DNA from: Antedon mediterranea
Taxonomy: Eukaryota > Animalia > Echinodermata
Assembly: GCF_964355755.1 (NCBI RefSeq)
Contig: NC_092673.1
Coordinates: forward strand, 9,114,001 to 9,178,000
Reading direction: 5' to 3'
Length of the DNA: 64,000 nt
How positions within the stretch are numbered: the stretch's first letter is position 1; each line of letters starts with the position of its first letter. Made by a program: the position numbers and the translations under genes. Below are positions 27,632-39,990 of the stretch, piece by piece. Below the pieces are notes generated by a model, which made no database searches, was not told where the DNA came from, and was given only the letters and a program-made list of their open reading frames with translations.

Positions 27632-28354
27632 GTTCTTGAGTTCAATGCTAGAAGTAAGTTACCGTATTTATCCGAATAAACGCACCGGACATTTATTGTT
27701 CAGAGGGGTGTTTATTCGGTGGAAGCGTTTATTATTTTTTTTGGGTGTAATATGTATAACATGTATAATCAAATAAATACACCCTAGATATAAAAAAAAT
27801 ACCGTAATAAGAATAACTGGATTAAACATTCTTCATCCAGGTGCAAGTACAATTATGACATTGAAAAGGTATCGGAGACAACTATATAGACCAATTCATT
27901 CTCATCATTCTGTATAACACTGTTGTATAATATTTTTGAATGTCACCGACAAATTATACATACTGTACACGTCTGTTCCCAGTGTGCATAATAAAACAAT
28001 ATATATTTCTGGAGATTTATTATCAATACCACTAGATTTTTTTATATTTTAAGTACTAAGTGCATTGACAATAAAAGCATCAGAAGTGTACTTTAAAATG
28101 TTATATAGATCATGATAAAATCATACTACAACACACTACAGTACACAAGGGTGTTTTCAGGAAAGCTGGACATGTTGTTGAAATATTAGGGCATAGTATA
28201 TGTAGGGCATAGTATATGTAGTAATACTGTGTTGATTGTTGACAAATTGTAGTCACAAACAAACAGATAATAGAAAGATCCATAACAATTGTGTAATCGT
28301 GTCTCATACAGTGTCTCAGGATAATGATGTGTCATTGTTTTATATCCTTATACT

Positions 28355-28515
28355 GGCACCATAAAGAAGAGAAGGCTGACATGGTATGGTCACCTGCTTC
28401 CTTTAAATGAAAACACACCAGCTAAGATCCCACTAGGAGAGGCTCAGAGCAAGACCAAAAGGAAGACCAACAAGGCCAACAGCCATAAGTCACGTGCTCT
28501 CAGAAAAAAATGAAC
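28355..28515 (+). mobile_element. RTE-clade LINE C-terminal fragment
   Basis: Reads TIKKRRLTWYGHLLPLNENTPAKIPLGEAQSKTKRK, matching the RRL-W-GH motif at the end of RTE ORFs. Confidence 0.6.
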
Positions 28516-28544
28516 TTTCAAAAAGTAATGTACTTTAAAACTTT

Positions 28545-29242
28545 GCTGTACATCAAAAAAGTTTAAAAAGTACAGAAAAACGCAAAGTGATACCCGACAG
28601 ACCGCGTCCACGCGACTAAAACTTTTCTGTACATCAAAACAGTTCAAACAGTACAGAAAAACGCAAAGTGATACCCGACAGACCGACCGACATAGTTAAA
28701 ACTTGTCTGTACATCAAAACAGTTAAAAAAGTACAGAAAAGCAATAAAACGCATAGTGATACCGGACCGACAGACAGACCGACAGACAGTGAACTATAGA
28801 GTCGCGTCCACGCGACGTACATCAAAAACGTTCAAAAAGTACAGAAAAGCGATAAAACGCAGTGATACCGGACCGACAGACAGACCGACCGACCTATACA
28901 AATGCTTGCTCAAGTGAGACGCGCAATGTGACAGTGTCACTTTTATTCTAATAGACAGAAACATTTTGTTACAAAAGCATAAAGAGGAAAGGCATCATGT
29001 AAAGTACCTTTATCAGTGAGAAACAAATTAGGCCTATATTATATCATTATTAAAATTAGAGTATTCAAGTAAACACCCGATTTGAATATAAGCCTCCTTC
29101 GAATAAATACTCACCCCTTCCTTCATTTTAAACGCCCATCACATGCAATACACAAAAAGGTCGCGTACTCAAATTTGAGTTAGTGTTTACGGACCAACCG
29201 ACCGACATAGTGAGGTATAGAGTTGCGTTGCACGCGACTAAT
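28545..29242 (-). mobile_element. Cluster of DINE-1/HINE-like heads with (GACC/GACA)n microsatellite
   Basis: Four ~80-105-bp tandem units (GTACATCAAAA...AGTACAGAAAA...GTGATACC), palindromes GTCGCGTCCACGCGAC, and a head GTTGCGTTGCACGCGACTAA (29222-29241) matching 56188-56272 in reverse. Confidence 0.65.
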
Positions 29243-29499
29243 AATTGTAACACATTTCAATGACTACCATAATCTACAATTTAGCAAGCATTTTGTATCA
29301 CTTTTTGATATTAATTGTGCTGTATTTTTTAAATATCTGCTGTAGGTAGTATTTTATTTGATTATACATGTTACCATATTACACCAACAAAAACAAAAAA
29401 CAAATGTTCCCCTAAAAACCATTTTGAACAATAAATGCCCTAGGCATTTATTAGGATGAATTCGGTAAGTTACTTCTATCTAGCATTCTGAAAAGAATT

Positions 29500-29550
29500 C
29501 TGTTGGGCTCGACGTTTCTATCAAAATGTTTGATCGTCCTCGGGGTCAAC
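29500..29550 (-). ncRNA. Degenerate Penelope-type minimal hammerhead ribozyme-like motif (right arm)
   Basis: Minus strand GTTGACCCC-GAGGA-C-GATCAAACATTTTGATA-GAAAC-GTC-GAGCCCAAC; stem II ATCAAA/TTTGAT is intact, the core lacks the U of CUGAGGA. Confidence 0.5.
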
Positions 29551-32500
29551 AATACTTTCTAGCATTATTATAAGCAAAAATACAATTACAAACAGTAAAG
29601 GATTTGTTTTAAATCCTATAATGAAACAATTTAAAGCATAAGTTATTGCATAACATTACTGTCCAAGGATAAGTTGTGTAGAAAAATGTTTTTTTTTTTA
29701 AACAATAACATTAGTAATTAATAGTATTTCTGATCATCTTTTAACCAAATTTTCTATTAGAATGAATGTAAATATGTATATTTTGAAAAAATTTGATACA
29801 AAATTTAAGTTTCTACGACCAGTACTTACAGAGATATGAAGATGCCCTGGTTTGTGGGTCAAAGGTCAGAAACGGCATTTCTGATTATTTTTTACTAAAT
29901 GCCCCATTAGACTGAATATGAATATATGCATTCTGAACATTTTGAGACCAACATTGACTTGCTGCAAACAGTGGTTGCCGAGATACAAGTACCTATTTAT
30001 ATTTGTTCATATAACCCTTAACCCTGACCCTTTGACCTTTTGTAACCTTTTTAAAAATGTGTAACAAATAACAAAATGTATATTTCGAACAATTTAAGAC
30101 CGAATTCACGTGTTTACAACCAGTAGTTACGGAGATACATACATGCCCTGGGTTGTGGGTCAAAGGTCAGAAATGGCATTTCCGGTCATTTTTTACTAAA
30201 ATGTCCCATTAGACTGAATATAAATGTATACCTTCTGATCAATTTGAGACCAAAATTACCTTTCTGTGACCAGTGGTTGTCGAGATTTAAGGACATGTTG
30301 GTGTTTTGTATTATAACCTTTCACCCTGACCTTTTGCCACATTTTCAAAATGTGTAACCAAGCCAAAATTGATTGTTTGACCATCCTAAACCAATTTCTG
30401 AAGTCAAATTCTCTGGACCTCAAAGTGCATACGAAAGTTGATCTAGCTACTAGAGTATATATTTTATATGTCTTTTATTTACGTAAGAGAACATTATTAC
30501 AAAATATTTATTTTACTGTTAGTATACTATTACAATTCAATTAAGCCCAGGTCAGGTACCAACAATGTATAATTTTTATCTTTCCTGATTACATATATTA
30601 CATATATTACATATATTCGATCAAGTAATTATTTCTATTTAGATTCAATAAACATGCCTGTTATTTACATTTTATTGGTATATAAGATTTTTTGAATTAA
30701 CAACTCTCTTTTTAAAAAAATAATTTTTAAAAAAACATGAACTTATAGTGTGTCAAATAGACAACTCAATAATGACGTATGATTGTTTCCATTTATTTTT
30801 TTCTTAAAATGGACCTGAAATGGACTTTTAATTTTCAAGAAATTCACACATGTTATTTAAATGTATCAAATTAACACAAGCCCATACAAATAAAAACAAA
30901 ATGTATAGTATTTTGAGAAAAAACAAAATTTTAAGATACCTTGGTAAATTAGCGAAAATTACTCACGCCATTGCAATATTCTGTTTCAACGGCCGTCGGG
31001 AGCATCTTCAATTAATCAATCAATCAATCAAAGTAACATTTATTTCTCTTCTTGTCTTTCATAGAATATAAAAATTAACAGTAAATATGATTAAAATAAG
31101 AGGGGCAACATTCCTAAAAAGCGAAGCTTGTATAAGGCAGCCCATAGAAACTGAAAAAAAAAAACAGGACAACACGGGAACCGGAAACAGGACAAAAACA
31201 GCAATGAAGACTTTTAGTTTCAGGGTATCGAAAAGACTAAATATCAAAACTACAATGAGTGAAAGGATAATTACACATAACTAGATAAGAGGTGCCCTTT
31301 CAATTTAAAAGAAAAACTTTTCTTAGACAAAGCACTTTTTATATTAACTGGTACGTTATCCCAGAGTTTAGGACCAGTGAACTTAATGCTATGTTTAAAA
31401 GAAGTAGTTTTAAAAAAAGGAATACGTATTTGATTTGCGCTCCGAGTCTCGTGGTTATGAAAATTAAGATTGAAACCAAATAAATCATCAAAGTGTGATG
31501 GCAGAATCGAGTTTAGCCATGAATAAAGGAAAACACTTTGTTGAAGATGGTTAATATCCTGAATTTTAAGAAGACCAAATGAAGAAAATAGAGGATTGGA
31601 ATGGGATAAAGGAGGAGCATTTGCTATGTATCTTACGGTTTTCTTTTGGATCAATAACAGTTTGTTTAAGTAGGATGGGTATGTATTACCCCAAATAATA
31701 TTACATTACAGTAAGTGAGGTAAAGGAGGATTAGTGAACAGTAAAGAATCCGGAGTATGTTTTGAGGGATGAAAGAGGATAATCTATATATGATAACAGA
31801 ACTTTTGGATATTTTGTTTTCGACTTGAGTAATCTGATGTTTCCAATTTAGCTTACTGTCCAGATAAACACCAAGAAATTTAGTTTTCTCAACAATAGGT
31901 ATTAATTGATCTTTAATTTTTAGTTTGAAAGTACTAGTATTTAGTGGTATTTGTGAATTTTTGAACACCATACAACAGCACTTCTTTAGATTAACAGAAA
32001 GTTTGTTTGCAGAAAAGTATGTTAACATTTTGGGTAGATTTTTGGTTGATATTTTAAAAAGGCAATCTATATTTTTATCAGTGTAAATTAGGGTTGTGTC
32101 ATCAGCATACAACAGAAAAGAAAACACATTTGAGGCATTGGATATCATTTATGTATAATAAAAACAATAGAGGCCCAAGCAGGGAACCTTGAGGGACTCC
32201 ACAAATAATAGGAAGAAAATCAGAAAGGGTGTGTTTAAATGTAGTGCATTGCTTGCGGTTTGAAAGGTAGCTTTTGAATATATTGTATACAGGGCCATGG
32301 ATTCCATAATTATGTAACTTATATAATAAAATATCGTGATCAATTGTATCAAAGGCCTTCGAGAGGTCAATGAAAATACCAATGGCAAATTCACCCCTTT
32401 CGAAAGCCCCAACAATTTCATTTGTTAATTGAAGAAGTGCGGTGGATGTATTATAGTTATTACGAAAGCCAAATTGTTTATTGTAAAGTATATTATTTTT

Positions 32501-33684
32501 TTTAAGATAATTGTATGTTCAATCATAAATAAGACGTTCAAGTATTTTGGAAAAGATCGGTAGCACTGATATAGGACGGGTAATTACTGGAATCAGATTT
32601 GTCACCAGTTTTAAAAATAGGAATTACTTTAGCTAGTTTAAGGGTGTCAGGAAAGGTGCCATTTACAAAACAAAGATTGAAAATGTAGCAGAGGGGTTCA
32701 GAAATAAAAGGGATAAGTTGTTTAATAATAGACGGGTTAATATCATCAATGCCAGGTGCTTTACTATTTTTGAGGCGCATAACAATATCCATAATCTCAA
32801 AAACAGTCACAGGATTGAGAAATAACGAATTTGTGGATGGCGGAGGGAGGTAATCCTTAAAATTTGCATCAGATGTTCTATATTTTTGGCGAGGGTAGGT
32901 CCAATATTAACAAAAAAATTATTAAAATGATTTGAAAGTTTCCTTCGCAATTTATAGTGAACTCTTCGGAATGCTTACTTTCATTTGTTTTTATTAGACT
33001 ATTTATAATTGTCCATGTTCCTTTGATATTATCTTTCTGCTACTTAAACTTTTTTTCATAATAATCGCGTTTTGTTAATTTTATTCAAGAGTTAAGGGAG
33101 TTACGGAATTGCTTATATTCATTTATGTTTTTGTCATTCGGATAGCGGAGGGATTTGGAATACAGTTTTTGTTTATGCTTTATTGAATTTAAGAGTTCAT
33201 CCGTCATCCAGGTCTTTATTTTTTTTCCCCTGCAGACTGCTCTTGAATTGGAAAATGTTTATCATACAGTCGTTTAAATTCAGTTTCAAATGAAAGTAAA
33301 GCAATATTAGGATCATCCGTACCATAAACACCAGTCCAATTCATGTTTGACAAATCGTTTTTTATGTTTGAAATATTTGTTTCGTTAAATTTTCTGTAGG
33401 TATGATTAGGGCTTACATAGTTTTTGGGATGGTTTGGTATATTTGATAAGGGTGTAACGTTAAAAATGGGCAAATGATCACTAATGTCACTATAGAAAAG
33501 TCCAGATAGACTTGATGATTCAATTTGATTAGATAATATGTTGTCAATTAATGTTGCTGACGTTCGGGTAATACGAGTTGGTCTATTGATTAAGGGTAAA
33601 AGGAAATTACTAAAGACAGAATTAATAAAATTGTTGGATTGATTATCGGACTGATGTTTAAGTAGGTCAATGTTAAAATCACCT

Positions 33685-34808
33685 TCAATATTTTTCTAAC
33701 AATCTTCCTTCTCCCATGATGAATTTATTTAACACTGCTGATTTCAACCATGGTCATAATTTAAGAAGTACTGTTCATAAGTTTCAGTTAACTATTCCTT
33801 TTGCAAGATTAACTAGTTCTTCCCACTTTATTTATGTTTCTGGCCCTTTAATTTGGAATCAATTAGATACTAGTATTGTTAAAGACCCCTTCCCTGCAAT
33901 TTTGGACGTTTTTTGGAAAATAATACATATATATCACTTTAAAAACATTAAACCATGTCATTTCTTGTCTTAAATGTACGTTTTATGGTAAATTATGATA
34001 AAAAGTGAGAAACAATGCACTACCTAAGTAGCTCGCGGCGATCGACCTCTCGTGGACGGTCTTAGGCCTAGCCTAGCTAAGCTTAGTTTTGTAGGCCTAG
34101 CTGGTAAACCTCGGTAACGTACGAACATCGTACGCGAGCTATATACCTAGCCTGACGTACTTGTATAGTTGCTGCATTAATTGTCTTTCTATTTTTGCCA
34201 GACTCCGTTGATACAAATTGGGGAAAACCCGGTATTTTCGCTGAAAAGTTAGGAGTCTTCCATTTGTTTTGGCCTCACGATCGATCGAAAAGTGGGCGAA
34301 TTACAGGTGAAAAACAAAAATATCAATCCGCGCGCAATGCATTTTGGGATTTATAGCGGGCCGCTATAATTATTAGAATCGACTTATTTTTCACATTTTT
34401 AACCGTTTAAAGACGAAAAAAGTTATCGCAATAGGACCATATTGTATTATTTTTACATTAAATATAGTTTGTGATCTTAAATTAGATCTAAAAAACGTAG
34501 GGAATGGGGCTTTAACTCTTCCTCTCTCCAAACTTTTCGTAAAAACCTTAAAAGTAATTTGTTATCATTGTACTCAAACTAGACCTTCAAACTGTTTTTG
34601 TCATGACTTTTTTTTATTTTATTTAATAATTATATACAAATGTATTTTTTTCTTTTGTTTATGGGTCTTGCGTGACAAGTATTCTCTTCTTGCAAGATCC
34701 TCTATTAATGGTATTTTTTTGTATTTTCTCATTATAAATTATCATTCTTTTTTATTGTATTGTTATACCATTGATAGAAACTAATAAATGTTGAATTATT
34801 ATTATTGG
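33685..34808 (+). mobile_element. 5'-truncated LINE 3' fragment inserted into the EN domain of the minus-strand LINE
   Basis: Without the MITE it reads ...HGHNLRSTVHKFQLTIPFARLTSSSHFIYVSGPLIWNQLDTSIVN|SSSLQTFRKNLKSNLLSLYSN*; 3'UTR stem and AATAAA..(ATT)n tail; ACCT is duplicated at 33681-84 and 34809-12. Confidence 0.8.
33883..34511 (-). mobile_element. Kolobok-like MITE (family A), intact inverted copy
   Basis: TTAA TSD at 33879-82 and 34512-15; reverse complement of 12802-13427 with few differences. Confidence 0.9.
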
Positions 34809-35827
34809 ACCTAATAAGTAAATTTTTTGGTTGGTTTTTGCTAAATTATTTAACAGGAGATCAAAAGTGTCAATAAAAGCATTCGTATCAAGAGATGGTG
34901 CCCTATAGATTACACCAACAATAACGTTTTGATTGGATTCAATTTCAAGTTCAATCAAAAGGGAGTCGCACCGGGAGGGGTCTAGGAAAAGATCAGTTCT
35001 CTCTTTGAACACATCTATATTCACGACGTCACATTATACACACGACGATATCGAGAGCGTATATATGCCACCCGATAGTCCGTTAATGATCGACGGCCTG
35101 GAAAGATACGCAAAGCGTTGACACTAATACTAATTTATTCAATATATAATGTTGTTGAAATATAGTGCCCTAAAATGTACTTTCTTTGTTCTAAAACCCG
35201 ATATCAAGAACTTGCTGCTCATTGTCAAGCCAAAGTAAAATATAAATCAAATTCGTTTTCGAACTGCCTGATTCGTGACAAATAAATTATCATCTCATAT
35301 TACTAATTTAATTCTGCTAAACTAAAAACTAAAGAAACTAACACATTTTAGCAGTATAAATTACGAACGATATACAAAATACACGAATGGAAAAATATGG
35401 ATACACATCATTGCACACGGTGCTGTATCCCGGACAACGTTGCCAGGCTAACGTCCGGATTGCCAGAAAAAACCTGTTGATTTGGAGATTTAAAATCGTC
35501 ATTTACTCGATGAATAACCGTTTATACGGTAATAATTTTATCTAAAAAAATTCTAAATACGTTTCTGCAAAAGCACAAGCATTTTTTAGAAAATACTCCA
35601 TAGATTTCAAGAGTTATAGCCAAAAAACTGCAAATTGTCCATTGGAGGGATAGGAATATATTCGCAAAGTGACGTCACCCGCGAATTTTTTTGATTTTCA
35701 AATTAGGGTTTCCCCAAAAGGGCGAATTTATATTTTGTAACAATATACATTCTAGCAACACCTAATAGCCCCCAAAACATCATTCTAAAATGAAAAAAAT
35801 CGAAAATCCATTTCAGGTCCATTTTAA

Positions 35828-36190
35828 ATAATTCAGTGGAATGATCATATATACATACAGTCTGTTAATAAGGCAATTAAACATTTTTGGAAGATGTTTC
35901 CGGTATAACAACTGCATGTTTTTTGCTGACCGGAGATTCCCCTTCATAAAAAAAAATTAACACAAATTTATAGTGTGTCCAATAGACACAATGATGTCTA
36001 ATCTTTTTCTATTTATTTTTTTCTTAAATAATTCATTAAAATAATCATATACCATTTGTTTAAGGCAATTAAATATTTTTGGCAGATGTTTCTCAATAAC
36101 AGCTATGTGTTTTTGCTGATTGGGGATTCCCTTTGAAAAAAAAAACCCATTTTATGGTGTGACAAATGAATGATGTATGATCAATTTTCC
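35828..36190. repeat. Degenerate ~180-190-bp tandem repeat; its first unit begins at ~30650 and is split by the Kolobok-like element
   Basis: Repeated TAAGGCAATTAAA[C/T]ATTTTTGG..GATGTTTC, TATAGTGTGTC[C/A]AATAGACA and ATTTATTTTTTTCTTAAAATAATTCA at ~30744-30807, ~35868-36035 and ~36061-36190. Confidence 0.55.
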
Positions 36191-37878
36191 ATAGCAACGG
36201 AAGTCGTGTAAAACAGAGCCCCCAATAAACTTAACTAGGCCTAGTAAATAACGATGCCTCCCTGCTGATAGCTGGGCAGGTGTATAGCTGTGCTTTTTTC
36301 CTATCTGTACATTATATTATACTTTTTAAGTATTTGCATTTATATCAGTTATTATGATTGCTATCTAAAAATATGATAAAACTGGTAAAACACTATAAAT
36401 GTAATACAAACATATTTCACTAGCTGCATTATGGGAGTATGTTTCCATACATGTTTGATCCAAAAAATGGTGTAATAATGTTCAGTGCTTAGAGGTTTCA
36501 CAACATTAGGTGCTATATATAAATCAGGTATATTATTATTAAGTGTAATTTCTGACCGATTTTTTCCCTGTTTTTTTTATGTAATCACTTTCAATTAAAC
36601 ATATTACAAAATATTATAAGCTGAGAAAGTCTGAGTGGAGCTTCACTTTAAAAACCTTTGATGACATTAGTAATCATAAATAGACATGGCATTGATTTGA
36701 CCTTTAATTTTAAATTAAAATGAGTTCAGCAACTGTACTATTGGGATTATATGCAGACATGTCATACCGATAATATTTGGTTGAATGCACTGTACAATAA
36801 TTGTAAAATGCGTAACACTAACAGAAATCAAAATTAAAAACATGAATTTCAAAGGTAAAACAAAATTTGTTTTTGATAAACATTTTGTAATTTCACCATA
36901 ATGTTGTTTATTAGCTATGGGGTTTTATCTTTAGGGTTATTACGGAGAGTTGATTCCATTGTAATATTTAATTACAACTCTTTGTATTTTAATATTTATT
37001 ATTTCAAAAATTCAACCACCAAACAAGTGAATAATAATATGTGTCTCGTTAAAATACCATATCTATCAATTATCATCAGCGTGTACATGTTTTTATTTTT
37101 TTTACGCCAAGTTCCACATGTTTTTATTTATTTTATGTGCTAAAAAACGTTTTTTCTCATTATTGGTGGCAGGGCAGTAGCCATGATCTGTCATGGGGGG
37201 TTCGGACACTTTGTGTCACTGTTTTTCGAACCATAAAAAACCTAGGCTAGGGCCTGGGTGGTATGATGCCATTGTAAGCCAATCAAAGCAGAGCTTTCCA
37301 GTGATTGGCAGAGCTCATGGTTGATTGATGTTGGATTCTGGGTTTTTTTTGGTGGACGCAAATATCCACAGTGGAACGTTTTATCGTGCACATGGTCTCT
37401 CTGGACTGATACAGGGGCAGATTCAAAAGGGTGGGCCGCACAGCTTCGTATAACTATCGACTTAACCACGTAAAGCATTATTGCATTTAATTGTAGTAAA
37501 TGTTTTAAATTCCAATTGGTTGAGTGCATCTATATAGTCTATACTATCAAACAGAGCACTTTTACACAATTATGATCTTTGATTTTCCTGAGCATTGGAT
37601 TGTCATTTCCGGCCATCTAGGGGTATCATTTACCAATGTGGCTGGTGTCTGGTGGCTGCTGGATCCACCCCTGTACTCTGAACAAAATCAGTGTCCCAAA
37701 GGACGAGGCAATGACAGTATCTTGGCTAATGATCCAATCAATATGGTACAGATACTATATACTAAAGAATAAGGATTTTCAATTTACTGGGTAATCAGCC
37801 AGCCATAAACCTACCACTTATATTAAGAAAGTATTTTAATAGAATATAAAATAGAGACTATATAGTATAAAAACTCAC

Positions 37879-37985
37879 CAACATAGTAGCATGGATGAAA
37901 ATATAGTATTCAGACAAACTGAAGATGATGGCAGACGGCTAGCTAACTTAGAATCAGTTGGTTCTTATAGATAAATACTGATGAA
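37879..37985 (-). other. Candidate non-coding 5'UTR exon of the host gene
   Basis: Acceptor TTTTTGCTTCAG and donor TTG|GTGAGT; 107 nt with stops in all frames; same strand as the coding exons. Confidence 0.4.
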
Positions 37986-38539
37986 CTGAAGCAAAAACCA
38001 ACAATTAGGAACTTAACTAATCACGCCACAAGAGCATTTCCAAAGATTAGATCGTGTAATTGCTTCGCACACACACAACGTAAGTGTAATACAATTTTTG
38101 AAGTACAAATTTGGCGGAATAATATGAAGTAGTTTATGGTGAAGAAAGCTGAGCATGTCTCTCTTGGGAATTCATGTACATCGTTATATCCAATAATCAT
38201 TTGTGATGTGCTGCTGATAATACTGTTGTAAAACATGGGTAGCTTCTGTAATTACTTCCTTAGCATTTATTAGATCAAATAAAAAATAGAGATCTAGATA
38301 TATTAAATTCATTGTATGGATTATTTTATAAAATATGTATAAAATTAACGTTACTTTAAAATAGAATCACATGATTCCTTTTGTTTATATTATGTTTGAA
38401 TGTAGGGATCTTTGTTAAACAAGCTTACTTCTAGCAATGGCTCCAGGGTTGGCAACTACATTTATTTGTAAAGTAAGTAAAATATAACAAAGAAAAGTAA
38501 AAATTAAAATATTGGTAAAAGGAGTGGACAATGGAGAAA

Positions 38540-39990
38540 AAAATTTAGTTAAAATTTAATGTTTCCTAATAAGTTAGTTTTGATTTCATTTGGAGTTCAT
38601 TTCATGCTTTTTTAGTGGCACAGAATAAAAATGTTCTCTTGCCTTTTACAGAAATCCCATTTCTGTTAATGAATTATTTGATTTACTTCTGGTACATATA
38701 GGTGTGGTTATTATGGTTAAAAATAAATATTTTACATAGATAAGGAGGAGCAACTTTTAAGTACTTAAATGTTAAGGTTTTCTCTCCAACATTCATTTAA
38801 CCTCTTCCATTCTAAAGACATTCATCATGTCATTAATGGAATTTTTTACAGACAATAGAATCCCTCCTAACCTTTTCTGTAGACGAAATACAACTACAAT
38901 AGTCAAATAATGGCATTATAAGTGCACTTGGTAGCATTTTAATAGATAGCTTTTGACATGGCAAATTTCTTTGTAAAGTATGAAAAGCCCATGTTAAATT
39001 ACAATCAAAGTGGACACCTAGATCTTTTTTTAGATAGGCCTTTTTCATAAATAACAGAAATATGGGAACATTTAGGAAGTATGTGTGGTGTTCCAAATAT
39101 CATAAGTTTAGTTTTGTTAATTGTCATTTTTGAACAACAAAGAATGGTTGTGTCATCTGCATTCATTAAACATTTCCCTTGAATTATTTTGGGGAGGGAT
39201 TTTACATAGATATTAACTAAAATTGAACAGGTTTTCCAATATTTAGTGTCAAAGCATCTGAGTGGATAGAATAAATTAATTTTTGAGGAGTTATCACATA
39301 AGATTTAAACAAATTAAATGATACATTATCAATACCAATTTGTTGTAATTTACTTTTTTTTCAGGTCAACAAATATAGGGACAGTCATTTGCCCTCGTTA
39401 AAATTAAAAGTATATAATCTGATAAGTCAATAAGTGTAGTTGAGTAATATTTACGAAAACCAGATTGAGCATTACTTAAAAAGTGATTAACATTAAGATA
39501 CCTGTTCAATAATTTTACTAATTAGAGGCAATACAGAAAAATGCCTATAATTATGTGTATCTGCCCGATCCCCCTCTTTAATAATAGGTGTAACCTTAGC
39601 CTGTTTCCAATCCAGTGGAAATGTAGAAGAACGTAGAGATTTCAAAAGGATCTTGGTATTTATATTGATTCGAAACTTAAATTTAATATATGAATTGATC
39701 ATATTGTTGTTAAGGATAATAGAATGTTGGGTACTGTAAAAATGTTAATAATGTTACTAAACTTAAAATTTATACCTCTCTTGTCCGACCGATTTTTGAT
39801 TTTTCATCAGCAATTTATAATTCCATATTTCAATCACTCTATCAAATTGTACGAACGTGTTCAATCCAAATTGATTTATTTCATTAACCACATCAATTCC
39901 GGTCCTCCGCTTCACAATCAGAGAAGTTTTTTTTATTTGGTTTTTCTCTTCAAAGTTATTTAATTTTGCAATTTTTGTATGTTTAATATT
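38540..39990 (-). mobile_element. Heavily decayed CR1/L2-like LINE ORF2
   Basis: FPLDWKQAKVTPIIKEGDRADTHNYRHFSVLPLISKIIEQV and KDLGVHFDCNLTW..LIMPLFDYCS; many stops and frameshifts; boundaries approximate. Confidence 0.72.

Larger units (their letters stand above)
27662..29465. mobile_element. Tc1/mariner-pogo-type MITE at the centre of the foldback element
   Basis: TA at 27660-61 and 29466-67; TIR CCGTATTTATCCGAATAAACGC vs GCATTTATTAGGATGAATTCGG (18/22 complementary); another end fragment of this family at ~40080-40214. Confidence 0.7.
26711..30455. mobile_element. Foldback/palindromic element: ~950-990-bp inverted arms (26711-27659, 29468-30455), flanked by TA
   Basis: Left TTCTAGTAGCTAGATCAACTTTTGTATGCAC... 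is the reverse complement of right ...GTGCATACGAAAGTTGATCTAGCTACTAGAG; the arms align over their whole length with scattered substitutions; each arm has internal ~300-bp subrepeats; a third terminus is at 63947. Confidence 0.87.
31012..35024 (-). mobile_element. CR1/L2-like LINE, near-complete ORF2 (APE endonuclease + RT), frameshifted
   Basis: EN: VIVGVIYRAP, IYLLG|DFNIDLL, PTRITRTSATLIDNI; RT: KAPGIDDI, KLAKVIPIFKTGD, LYADDT, KFLGVYLDSKLNW; C-terminus SIKFTGPKLWDNVP; 3'UTR with (TGAT)n tail at ~31015-31030; 5' limit uncertain. Confidence 0.92.
30808..35823. mobile_element. Kolobok-like MITE (family B) split by nested insertions
   Basis: TTAA TSD at 30804-07 and 35824-27; TIR AATGGACCTGAAATGGA / TCCATTTCAGGTCCATT; its own sequence is ~30808-31011 plus ~35410-35823. 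Confidence 0.75.

Noticed and set aside
37412-37673. hAT MITE (CAGGGGCAGATTCA / TGGATCCACCCCTG)
   Set aside because: Termini are only partly complementary and there is no 8-bp TSD; probably an old relic, not called.
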